This document shows, piece after piece, positions 24,491 through 35,929 of a DNA stretch of 64,000 nucleotides. The notes beneath the pieces are model-generated. The model had not been told where the DNA came from. It ran no database searches and saw nothing but the letters and a program-made list of their open reading frames with translations. The position numbers and the translations under genes are program-made. Position 1 is the first letter of the stretch, and each line of letters opens with the position of its first letter. This stretch comes from Azolla caroliniana (Eukaryota > Plantae > Polypodiophyta). The stretch lies in the NCBI GenBank assembly GCA_043228905.1, contig JBHGNT010000008.1:15624001-15688000 (forward strand), read 5' to 3'.

Positions 24491-24837
24491 GGTGGAGGAA
24501 GGAATCAGGGGAGGATTCTTCTTCTTAGCTCTGACTCCTCTTGAAGAAGAAGAAGAAGAAGAAGAAGACTTTGCTTCTGTCTGTGGACTGTCTCTGTCTG
24601 TCGACCCACTAAAGAAGAAGAAGAAGAAGAGATCGTTAGAGAGTAAATAAATGCTCTGTTGCTGCTGTTACTGGCATGAAAGGAAGAACCCAAAAAAGCT
24701 TTGAAAGAAAAGAAAAAGAAGAAGAAAGAGAAAGAGAAAAACAAAAAGCTTTCTTCTTCTTCTTCTTCTGTCTTGCTCTTTTTGGGTTGGGGGGTTTTGC
24801 TTCTATCTCTTCTTGTGTCTTTGTCTTGCCTGTGTTA

Positions 24838-25072
24838 TGGTTTGGTCTAGTTCAGTCTCATCTGTCCTGGTCCAGTTCAGTCCGATCTGTCATGGTCCAG
24901 TTTACTTCGGTTTGTTCCGGTTCGGTTTACTTCGGTCTGGTCTACTCCAGTTCAGTCCGATCTGTCCTGGTCTAGTTCGGTCCGGTTTGTTCCGCTTCGG
25001 TTTACTTCGGTCATGTTTGGTCCGGTTCAGTCCGGTCCACTCGGGCGTCGGTCTAGTCCACTCCAGTCTCGT
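24838..25072. repeat. Degenerate short tandem repeats (GGTCC/TTCGG/CAGTTCAGTCC) upstream of RabD
   Basis: TCCAGTTCAGTCCGATCTGTC and TTCGGTTTACTTCGGTC are each repeated. Confidence 0.65.
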
Positions 25073-25157
25073 CTTTCAGAAATCTTGAAGCTAATGGTGT
25101 CTGTAAATAATCGGGAGTGATTCTATGCAACGGAAGGGATATGTGTGTTTATGTGTA

Positions 25158-25161
<4 letters not shown>

Positions 25162-25207
<46 letters not shown>
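25162..25207. repeat. (GA)n microsatellite
   Basis: Directly visible in the sequence. Confidence 0.97.
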
Positions 25208-25209
<2 letters not shown>

Positions 25210-25218
25210 GAGCAGAGT

Positions 25219-25720
25219 GATATAGAAAAACACTAAAAAACTATATTAACAAGAATAAGACAACCAACAACTACACAGAGGTGGAGAGAGCTGCTTATGT
25301 AGACACCTTCTCACTATACAACCACCACTTACTAAAGAGTGGTGGAGACTTAACTACACTAAATATGTGTCATAGAACTATAAGATTCTATGACACATTG
25401 TTACTATAGTATGTGGTGGGGTGTTCACACACTAGGGAAGTTGAGTTTGATTCTCAACATGCCCCTTTAAACACAACTTACGTTCGCCGAAAAGTTGGTT
25501 TGGTCTCTTCGATTTGGCTTAATCGGCTTCGGCTTCAGACTGTCACGGACACACCAAGCGCAGACTAGGATGGAGCACAGATGATGGGGCTACGAGCGAC
25601 GGATGAACTTGGAGCTAGATGTGACGAGGCTAGGAACTCTAGATGTTGTGAGCGACATGAGGACATGAAGACAGAAATAAAGATCAAGGAGACAAAGATG
25701 AGGCGAAACGAGAATACTTA
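25219..25720 (-). mobile_element. Copia-family 3' LTR (25219-25459) with PPT-like tract and 3' internal remnant
   Basis: TGATATAG...GATTCTCAACA followed by TGCCCCTTT (minus-strand PPT). Similar to the LTRs at 680 and 6791. Confidence 0.7.
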
Positions 25721-25766
25721 GATTGATGTGGGTAGGATCTATGTATCGACAGAGTTAACTCCTCGA

Positions 25767-26770
25767 TGTTGTTTGCGGAGTCCGGACCGGGGTATACCCT
25801 TTTGATGGCGAATCAGGCAGAGATGGTTGTCGGACACCTCCGAGCCTCACACTCACTTAACGATTAATAGATGATTAAGCACGATATCTCTCTCACTCTC
25901 TCAAGCTCGCTCTCATAGACAATAGGGTAATGAATATAGACAATAAGAGTGATGAATATGTTTATTAACCCTCTTTGCTAAGAGGTCTAACACCAACAAG
26001 GAAGAGAGAATACCCGTTATGTGTTGGTGTAATGGTAATGGGGGGGACACTCCAACTCCTAGGTTGGAGGTTCAAGTCTCCCCACACCAACATACATGTG
26101 GTACCTAAAAAGGGTGGTTTGTGCCCGTAAGTGGCGACGGCGGAAAAATGGTGACAGTGAAGGGCGATTTGTGCTCGTAAGTGACGACGACGAAGATGGT
26201 GCCGGTTTCGACGATGAAGAAGGTAAAATGTAGCATGTCTACAAGTTGCGTGATGGAACGTGGTGCGAGTCTCATCATATCCTAGAGGTCATCCAGTGCA
26301 TGTATCTCACTTGTACCATGCGGTACACCTCCTGATGGACTATGTACTGCTAATAAAACATGACTTCGTGTGAGTTGTAGCCTTCAAGCGAGCCAAAGAT
26401 AAAAAAAATACTAAAGTAGTATAAACCAATAAGAAAAAAAAAACAAGGAAGAGAGATTAATGTTCTCTAACTAAACACCTCACTAATCTCTCTTAAGCTT
26501 AAAGGTTACAAGGAGGAGAGGAAGCTCTAGCTCTTAATCAATAGGGAGATCTTTTCAAATGGAAGAAGAACCCTTACAAAGCCACCACCATGTGGTTTAT
26601 ATAGCATTTACATTTAGGGTATGGACCTTTCACACTTGGATGTCCCTTAGCCCCCTTTCCTCTTGACATTCCCTCTTCGTAGGTCCTTTAGCCATACTAA
26701 GTCCTTGTTGATGCACTCTTCTTCATTACCGGTCGTGGTGCGATCCAAGCACTTAACATCCCCCCCAACC
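25767..26770 (-). mobile_element. LTR with adjacent minus-strand PPT, carrying a SINE insertion
   Basis: TGTTGTTTGC...CACTTAACA followed by TCCCCCCC. Minus-strand TATATAAA near 26600. Confidence 0.6.
26010..26441 (+). mobile_element. tRNA-derived SINE with A-rich tail and 15-bp TSD
   Basis: TSD AACAAGGAAGAGAGA at 25995-26009 and 26442-26456. A-box-like TGGTGTAATGG and B-box-like GGTTCAAGTC in the 5' head. 3' A-rich tail. Confidence 0.85.
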
Positions 26771-28067
26771 TAATTAGGGCACACTCCCGGGTGCATTGTG
26801 GGAGGGGAGCTTCGAGCGTTGGGGGCGAGAAGGATAGAGTAGGGGGGTTCGTCAGGGGGTGGTCGGCAGCGAAGATGGTGGCGAAGCCATCGGATGTTGA
26901 GCGGTGGTAAACGGAGTTCTTGCATTTGATCGGTTGTCATGAACAAGTCCTTCTTGGGGTCGGTTATCTACATTGTCGTGAAGATCCGTCATTACGTGCG
27001 GATCGTGAGGCGGAACCGCCGGGGTTCTAGATCGGAAGGACTCGAAGTACGCACTAGCTTTAGCGAGAAAGGATTTAAGATAAGATAGATTGAGAGAGAG
27101 AGATTGAGATAAGATAGAATGCTTGACTTTAGATTGAGAGAGATTAAGATTGACCTCTTGACTTTAGATTAGAAGAACAAGATTGATACATCAATTGGAT
27201 AATGACTTTTTTACTTTTAATTTCTTGATTAATACATCGCTTTCGTATGTTTTATGCGATTTTCACACCATTGCCGAAAATCTTCACGACAACGTGGAGG
27301 TGTTGTAGCCGGCGAAGGGAGAGGGGGGGTTTTGACCAAAACTGATGTAAGCGGGAAAGAAGTGTGTTTCGATCAGAGTTTCAAACTCCCGTTTGTAGAT
27401 GGCGGGGAGCACGTTGACAGGGGTCCAAAGGCCTACGTGGTGCGGAAGGGAATGTCATCCACCGACAAATGGAGCGTAGTGTAAACGTCGGCGACGTTGA
27501 ACTGGAACTCGACAGGGGTAGCATCCATGAAGGCGTCCATGCGAACGTGGCTGGTATCGGGGTTGTATCTTGTGAGGAACCGACTGACCAGCTCGGGAAG
27601 TACACCCCAAGGGCCAATCCTGAGGAAGAACTTGAGGCCTAGTTAGGAAAGGGTGTCAAAAACATCATGCTCAAGGTGCTTGAGTTGCGTAGCGGCAGTG
27701 GGTACCTGGTAGGTACAACGGGTGTTGTTGAACTCGGCTTAGAATCACCAAGGAGCCACATCCGGTGTCGGGGTAGTATGCGTGGAGGAGGTTGGTGAAT
27801 GGGATGGACGCCATCGATTATAACCTGCTAGGACAAAGATTAGTATAGTCGTATGGGGGTGTACCAAATCTTACACTGCATTGCCCGTCCTGTGTCTACC
27901 CAGCAATATGACCAACGATGTTGTATTTACCTATTGATGTGAAGGATTTATTGTGATTAGTTATAAATATTAGAATTGAAAGTAGGATGAGGTGTTTTGA
28001 GGGATGACGATATTTAGATGTATATTTTAGAGGGACTTACGGGTTAGTGTCTAGGTTGTGTCTAAAC

Positions 28068-28219
28068 CCTCTCTTCGAACCGGGGGTGGGGGGTTCGAAG
28101 AGTACCTCTCCTCGAACTGGGGAGGGGTTTGAAGAGGGCCTCTCCTCGAACCGGGGAGGGGTTTGAAGAGTCCCTCTCCTCGAACCAGGGCGAGGTTTGA
28201 AGAGTCCCTCTCCTCAAAC
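28068..28219. repeat. ~35-bp tandem repeat that received the Gypsy insertion; continues at 41691-41745
   Basis: CTCTCCTCGAACCGGGGAGGGGTTTGAAGAG occurs 4-5 times. Confidence 0.8.
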
Positions 28220-28872
28220 TGTTACCGATTAGGAACACGGTCTATGGTCAGTCCTTCGACCTAGACCTCAAAGTGACTGTGTGACGACGAATGATAGCGT
28301 CTATGCGTAATACTTAGTGGGATACCTCCCGTAACCTAGCAGCGTATAAGGGAGACGGCTACAACCGAGCTCCTTAGACAGTGGGCTAGCGCACACACTG
28401 TTACTCACGCCTACGCTCTTAAGTATTACAGACACACAATAGATTAACCACAGATATGCACAGATATAAGAGAAGATAGAACTCTATTAAGATATGCCTT
28501 TTACATTCAAAATTACACGCTACCTCTATCAGAGGTTTTTTGCCCTTTATATACCCAGGGTCTTTTAGCCGTTCACGCTTCCCGCGTAAACCGTTACATG
28601 CGTTACAATATTATTCTATTCCATATTACTGCGCTCTTGTCCATCGGTTACTATTCCAGTGGACAACACCTGGCACGCCTGTGGGACAGTGCCATGGCAT
28701 GTTGGACCCATCCCTTTAATCTTCCTCCAAAATGGCCCTGATGTTTGGTTCTGCTACGGTGTCCGTGTCCGGGGACGACGTAGGGCCCCGTAGGCGCGTC
28801 GTTGTGTGGTTCCCCTGCTTGGTCGGGAGGGCTTCTCATGGTGTCGCGGTCGTCCTGTGTGGGCGGTTTGGG

Positions 28873-31451
28873 TTATGCGGGCTCTTCTTGGGCTAGGGGG
28901 TTTGGTTCAACCGTCTGCGGGCTTGCGGTAGGTTGCGGCTCTGTTTCGTCCGTCGCTTCCTTCGTGTTGTTGGCCGTCGTTGTACGCTCTGGGGAGTGGG
29001 GTTGCGGTTCCTCTTGGTCCAGAACGTTCTTCGTGCGGTCGGCCGTAAGCATATGCTCCGGTGGATGGGGTTCCTCTTGGTCGGTGGTTTCGTTGTCTGG
29101 TATTGCGGGGGACTCCGCTCGCCGTTCCGTGCTGTTCACTGTAGTGGTAATTTCTGGAGACATGGCCTGAGGTTCCTCTTGTTCGGCAGTATCCGGAATT
29201 GGTGTTGCGATGGATTCCTCGTTTGTTTGCGTGCTGCCGTCTTGCGTGATCTGGTGAAACAGGTCCTCTTGACTTTCGCCAAAATCATCTAGTAGTTGCG
29301 CGAGTTCCTCAGAATGTTGGTCCGCTAGCGTGCAATAGTCCTCCGCTAGGTCCTCGCGTACTGCCGCAATGCTTTCCTCATTGAGTTTATAGAACCCTCG
29401 ACCGTCTTTCCTCCGGTTCTCCCAGTCCACTCGATACGTATGCAATTCCGCCGCTTGTGCAGCCCACGCCATCCATCCTTTGTCTAGTGCCGTTTTTAAT
29501 TGTGCCGTAAACCTCTCCCGATTCATTTGCAGAAGGATATGCACGTTGTCTGTTATGGCTTGGCAACGGTTGCGTGCTTCTTCTACAGATTTCTTGAGGT
29601 TTGCAATTTCTTGCTTATTAATTGCCGCTGCTTCCTCATACCTGCTCCTCATTCCTGCCCAAACCTGGGATTCCTTCGCATGTAGTTCTTCCAGTTTTCC
29701 CATTTCATTGTTCAGGCGGATTTCGAGTTGATGCCTTCTCTCCTGTTCTCCCACCAGCTACTCGTCAAACCATGCTTTCTTCTTCTCTAATAAGGCCCAA
29801 AGTCCCACGATTTCCGCTTCCGATTTTTTCGCTTCCTCCCATAATTGGGCATTTTCTTCTTTTGTCCGGGTGTGCTGTGTTGTCTCCACTGCGAGTTTCT
29901 CTTCAAGGGTCTTCACTGCCTTTCAGCCGTTGGCCCGGATGTCCTTTTCTCTGTCCGAGGACTGGGAAGTTCAGCGCGGAGGCGGTCAATCTCTAATTCA
30001 GCTAGTTGTACGACCCATTTTGCTTTTGAGGCAATGGCGGTCTGAGCCTCAATCTCTTCCCTCAAGGCTTCGACGACGTTGGTTGTTGGTGGAGTTGCCT
30101 GTTGTGCCGTAATCACGTTATTTTCCAACTCCGTGATGTGTTCATTGGCCTTTTGTAGCCCGACTTGGGTCAGTTTAACCTTTTTCCAGACATTTTTATT
30201 TTTAATCGCCATATCCTTGGCGCCCATACTGACCTTTGCCAGTTCCCTATGAACTTCGACAAGGGCTGCGTTTAATGGGGGTAGTTCCATCCCCATTCGG
30301 CGTATATCGGCGTTCCTCTGCTTGCCGACTCTGGCTAATTGATCCTCATCGTCGCTTTCCGTCGTTTGTGTTAATGCATGCTTGATCATTTGGTGCTCCG
30401 CGTGCTCTTCGGCCATTCGTTGTGAGACTTTTATCTGTTGCGTTGCCAGGAATTCCATGAGTTCAAAAGAGGTTCCGAACTGTAATAGTGCGTCGAACTC
30501 ATGGGCCATGTCCGGAATGTCCGGATACGCTAGGACCTCGCTTTCCGCCATCAATACGGCTTTCCCTCATTGTGACTGGGCCGTAATGATTGGACGTGGT
30601 TCCCCGATTACTTCGAAGGTGGTGTTGGGCTCCGTAGCTGCGGAGCAGTCGCCCACGATCGTTGTCTCTGTAGCCGCGAGTGCGTCTTTAACTAACCCTC
30701 GCCCATCTTTCCTGTCCAGTCTCCGCCTTTTCGGCCTTGGGCTTTCCTGTCCTGGTTCGGCTTCCGGCTCCGGTGCCGCTTCCTCGGTGCGCGCAACCTG
30801 CTCTTCCTGCGTTGTTCGCATGTTAGGTTGGGCGGGTTGGGGTTCATCCTCCCACTATGTGGTGGCTAACTCCGCTAACCTTCGCTTCGCGGATTGAGGC
30901 GGCAGCGTGGGCTTGTTGGGCTACAGTGCCGGCAAGCCTCGGGGTGGGAATAGTACCGTCAGGTACTGTTGTATGATAGGCCTGAGCTTTTTGCCTCCTT
31001 GATATGCGTGCAGAACTTCCCTTAACGCCGACCCCATGATGACCCCCCAATCGACCATACGCCCTTCAAAGGTATCAATGATGATACCTGCCTTATGCTT
31101 GGGCATCCCATATGCGTATACATGTATGCATCCAACCTCCAATAGGAACTTGGCAATTTCGCGGAAAAAGGGATCCGGGATCTCCTTCGTTCTATATGCC
31201 TTGGCGGATGATGAATATGGATCGAAATATCTCTAGAGGGACTCCGCAGGAGGGATTTCAAAATGCCTTTTCCCCAGTGATGACAGGTCCAACTTTTTCC
31301 GGATGGATGAGTTGGTGACCATGTCGATGTTGAGCTTTCTAGCGATGTCTAGTGCATCAGGGTGTGGAGGAGCCTCCGCGACCCTGATGTACCCATCCAA
31401 GCGTTTCTCCACGAGCCATCGACGCAAGGCGGTAGAGATGAATATCGGCAT
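28873..31451 (-). pseudogene. Additional ORF(s) of the Gypsy element downstream of integrase; coiled-coil-rich with an acidic repetitive tail
   Basis: Collinear ORF pieces 31233-31451, 30921-31142, 30567-30821, 29913-30554 and 28873-29754, all on the same strand inside the LTR pair. Confidence 0.65.
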
Positions 31452-31850
31452 AGTCGGAATAGGCTCGTGACTAGGGGGTGAAGACTATTGGTTGCGGTGG
31501 GCTTGAGCTCTGTGATAGGATGGAGAAGAAGGTGAGGAAGGGGAGTGATGAGGGCACTGAGAGCTAGAAGGTTGATTTTTGTATTGTGTAGAAAACCTTC
31601 TATTTCCTTCTTTTTGTGGCCTAGGGTTCATTGGTCGGTGAGCCATTGTGGTGCCGCGTGTTCTTGGTCTAGAAGTCTGTGCATGCCTTAAGTCCTTTTA
31701 ATAGCGTCGCTATCTTCTCTCTTTTTTTCTTTTTTTTTTCCCATAACGGTTACATACAAGACTATTTTTACACTATAATACAAGTGGGGCCGTCTACTTA
31801 CTCCTTGGATTCTCCGGCTTTGTCCTGTCCGGCGGGGAATGGGTTAGGTG

Positions 31851-34800
31851 TGTCAGGAACTAAGACGCTCCTTCTACACGACGCTCGGCCACAACCGAGC
31901 TTAGAATCATACACAGAAAACGGGAAATAATGAATGACACGAAGAAGAGACGAGTACGCAGGATGTTTACGTGGAAAACCCAAACTAAGGGGAAAAACCA
32001 CGACAGCCCACAGGCTGCAAACTATCACTATGTTAAAATGTACAACTGTGAGTTCACGGAGGCAACGACCTCGTGCTCACGATCCTCGCCACAGGCGGCG
32101 GTTACAACAGAGGCAACGACCTCTTTCTCTCTCTCTCTCTCTATACACAGTTACACGCTCTCTCTCTCCTTTCACCAACGAGAATGACTACCACACTATA
32201 AAAGTTTGCCCTAAGTCATATTTATACTAATATGACTTTTCGGCTATTTACAAATATAGCCACGATGGACTCTCAGAAACATATTTACAAATATGTCTCT
32301 TCATCCGGAGAGCGCTCCTCACCGGGCTTGCATCATCCGGATCTTGCCGGGCACTCGTCATCCGGTTCTCACCGGGTCTGCACCAGCCGGCTCTCCGTAG
32401 CCGGGTACTCCTCATCCGGTTATCACCGGGTCTGCACCATCCGGCTCTCCGTAGCCGGGTACTCCTCATCTGGTTCTCACCGGGCCTGCACCATCCGGCT
32501 CTCCGTACCTGGATGTAGACCGGCTGGTATCCACATCAGCCGACATGTCCGAATCGGTAAAACCGTCAAGTTGAGGTTTTCCGGAGCCGAATCAGAGACA
32601 CATATTTGAGGCGCCCTTCAAGTACCGGAGTATCCATTTGACCGCGTTCCAGTGCTCCTTGCCGGGATTGCTCATAAACCGGCTCACCACTCCGACTGCG
32701 TATCCTATGTCCGGTCGGGTACACACCATTGCGTACATCAAGCTCCCGACGGCAGAGGCATATGGAATCTTCATCATATCCGCCTTCTCTGCTTTCGTCT
32801 TCGGGCTTTGCTTACCAGATAGCCTGTAGTTTGCCGGAAGTGTCGATCCGACCGGTTTCACATCTAACATGTTGAACCGGTGAAGCACCTTTGTCACGTA
32901 CTTTTCTTGTGATAGCCATAATTGCTTCACTGACCGGTTCCGGATAATATGCATCCCCAACATCTGTCTTGCCGGACCCAAGTCTTTCATTGAGAAGGTC
33001 CGGTTGAGGGCCTTCTTCAGCATCCGTATTTTGACTTGGTCCCGTCCAACGATCAACATGTCATCCACGTACAGAAGGAGTATCAGGAAATCGCCTCCTT
33101 CAAACTTCTTCACAAACACGCAGTGATTGGCCTGCGTCTTGTGGTACCCTTGATCGGCCATGAAGGAGTCGAACTTCCGGTACCATTGACGGGGAGCCTG
33201 CTTTAGTCCGTACAGGCTCTTCTTCAGCCGGCATACCAGGTGCTCCTTCCCTTTCTCCACAAATCCTTCCGGTTGCTGCATGTAGATCTCCTCTTCGAGG
33301 TCACCGTGAAGGAATGTCGTCTTCACGTCTAACTGCTCTACCTCGAGGTCCATGCTTGCCGCTATACTCAGCACCGTCCGGATGGAGGTCATCTTTACTA
33401 CCGGGGCAAATATCTCGTCGAAGTCCACACCCTTCTTCTGCTACCCCTTCACCACGATCCTGGCTTTGTATCTCGGGGGGTTGCTGGCGTCTCCCGGTTT
33501 CAACTTGTACACCCACTTGTTACGGAGTGCCCGCTTTCCATTTCGGCAACTCCACCAATTCGTACGTATGGTTTTCATGCAGGGAATCCATCTCATCCTG
33601 CATGGCACTTAACCATTTGCGGTTGTGGGTGTCATCCTTCGCTTCTTCGAAGCTTTCCGGCTCCCCCTCATCGGTCAGCAGAACATGCTCTGCATCCGGA
33701 AATCTCCAGGGGGGCCTTCTCTCTCTGAGAGGATATCTCCGTGAGCTTGAACATGAACAATGGACGAATCGTTTGGCGGAATGAGGTTGTCATCTGCAAG
33801 CCTCTTCATCCCCTTCTCGCTCATATGACACAACCTCTTGTGCCACAACTCACCGGCAGTGTCGGATGCCACGTTCACTTCTTCGGACATAACCGGGCAT
33901 TCATTAGGTACAATGTGTTGACCTTCCGGGCCCGAGCCACAATCAGGCTCCCTTTGCTGAACTTCATGACACCGTTCCGGATGCTACCCGTGTAGCCTTC
34001 ATCATCTAGCCGACCGGCTGATATCAGGTTCAGTTGAACCTCCGGAACGTGTCAGACATCCTTCAGCAGCAACTTGCATCCAGTTGGTGTTGTTAGCCAC
34101 ACGTCTCCTATGCCGACAATTCGGCATGTACCTTCATTCCCCATCCGGACACAGCCGTGATCACCGGCTGAGTAGGATGAGAAGCATTTTCGGTCCGGGG
34201 TAAGGTGGAACGACGCTCCAGAGTCTACCACCCAGGTCGTCTCGTCGTCGACAAGGTTTATCTCACTCTCCTTGGTGATGAGCATCAACTCTTCTTCACT
34301 TGCCGCAATTGCCGTCGTTCCCTTCCGGTCCGGCCCCCTTCGGTCTTTACCGTTCCGGTCCGGGGTCTGCTTCGAATCGATACCGTCAATTTCCTTGTCT
34401 TTTCGGAAGTGCCGACAGTTCTTTTGGAAGTGTCCCGGCTTGCCGCAATAGAAGCAAGTAGGCCTCCCCCTTGACTTTGACCGTGTCCCCGACTTCTCCC
34501 GGTTCTGGGGACTACGGTTTCTATGTCTTCCGCGTTTCGATTCGGTAAGGAGCGCTTTGGAGTCGGAGTTCGTATCTTTATCCTTCCGACGCGCCTCCTC
34601 ATCTAGCAAGCTCGACTTTACTCTTGCTAGGGATAACCGTTTTCCTTCCGGCCCGGCGTTGCCCAAAGTGACAACCAACGTCTCCCAGCTATCCGGGAGG
34701 GAACCGAGCAGGAGTAGCGCTAATACCTTATCGGCGAGAGGTACTTCCAATGAAGTTGCCTGGTGAATCAGCCCTTGGAAGGCATTCATGTGCTTCGCCA

Positions 34801-35929
34801 TGCTGGAGCCATCTTGGTACCGGAGTCTTACTAGCTTTCGGAATACCGAAACCTGATTGACAACATTTTTGTTTTGAAACATTATGCCGATCTTCTCCCA
34901 GAGCTCATGAGCCTTGCTCTCTTCATTGAAGTTGTTGTACAAGCTCATGTCGATGAAGCACCGTATGTACGCCGTTGTCTTCATGTGCATCACCTCCCAT
35001 ATCGCGGCGTCGATTTTGTCCGGTCTCTTGTCCCCGAACTGAACCGATAGCCAGAGGTCTTTAACCACGAGCATGTCCCTCATCTTCGACTTCCACACTG
35101 AATAGTTGGAGCCGGTGAGCTTGAACATGCCGCCAAACGATTCGTCCATTTTCTGTATCGTTTCGCTCTGATACCACTTGTCGGGAACTAAGACGCTCCT
35201 TCTACACGACGTTCGGCCACAACCGAGCTTAGAATCATACACAGAAAACGGGAAATAATGAACGACACAAAGAAGAGACGAGTACGTAGGATGTTTACGT
35301 GGAAAACCCAAACTAAGGGGAAAAACCACGGCAACCCACAGGCTGCAAATTATCACTATGTTAAAATGTACAACTGTGAGTTCACGGAGGCAACGACCTC
35401 ATGCTCACGATCCTCGCCACAGGCGGCGGTTACAACAGAGGCAACAACCTCTTTCTCTCTCTCTCTCTCTGTACACAGTTACACGCTCTCTCTCTCCTTT
35501 CACCAACGAGAATGACTACCACACTATAAAAGTTTGCCCTAGGTCATATTTATACTAATATGACTTTTCGGCTATTTACAAATATAGCCACGATGGACTC
35601 TCAGAAACATATTTACAAATATGTCTCTTCATCCGGAGAGGGCTCCTCACCGGGCCTGCATCATCCGGATCTTGCCTGGCACTCGTCATCCGGTTCTCAC
35701 CGGGTCTGCACCATCCGGCTCTCCGTAGCCGGGTACTCCTCATCCGGTTATCACCGGGTCTGCACCATCCGGCTCTCCGTAGCCGGGTACTCCTCATCCG
35801 GTTATCACCGGGTCTGCACCATCCGGCTCTCCGTAGCCGGGTACTCCTCATCCGGTTTCGGCCTCGGCCGAGTTTGCTTATCAGCACTGTTCTTCTGCCT
35901 TCCCATCCGGAGGGACCTGTCTCCCAACA
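31851..35929 (-). mobile_element. Ty1/Copia element nested in the Gypsy integrase tail, internally deleted
   Basis: TSD AGGTG at 31846-31850 and 35930-35934. 5' LTR 35179-35929; PBS TGGTATCAGAGC (tRNA-iMet) at 35165-35176. gag-protease (CFYCGKPGHFQKNC, WVVDSGAS) and RT 32592-33428 (LYVDDML). Integrase core, RNaseH, PPT and the U3 start of the 3' LTR are missing; the 3' LTR remnant is 31851-~32507. Confidence 0.95.

Noticed and set aside
26020-26090. Functional tRNA gene (also 70-135 and 47322-47387)
   Set aside because: A/B-box-like motifs are present, but I could not fold a canonical cloverleaf, and two of the three clearly lie within mobile elements.
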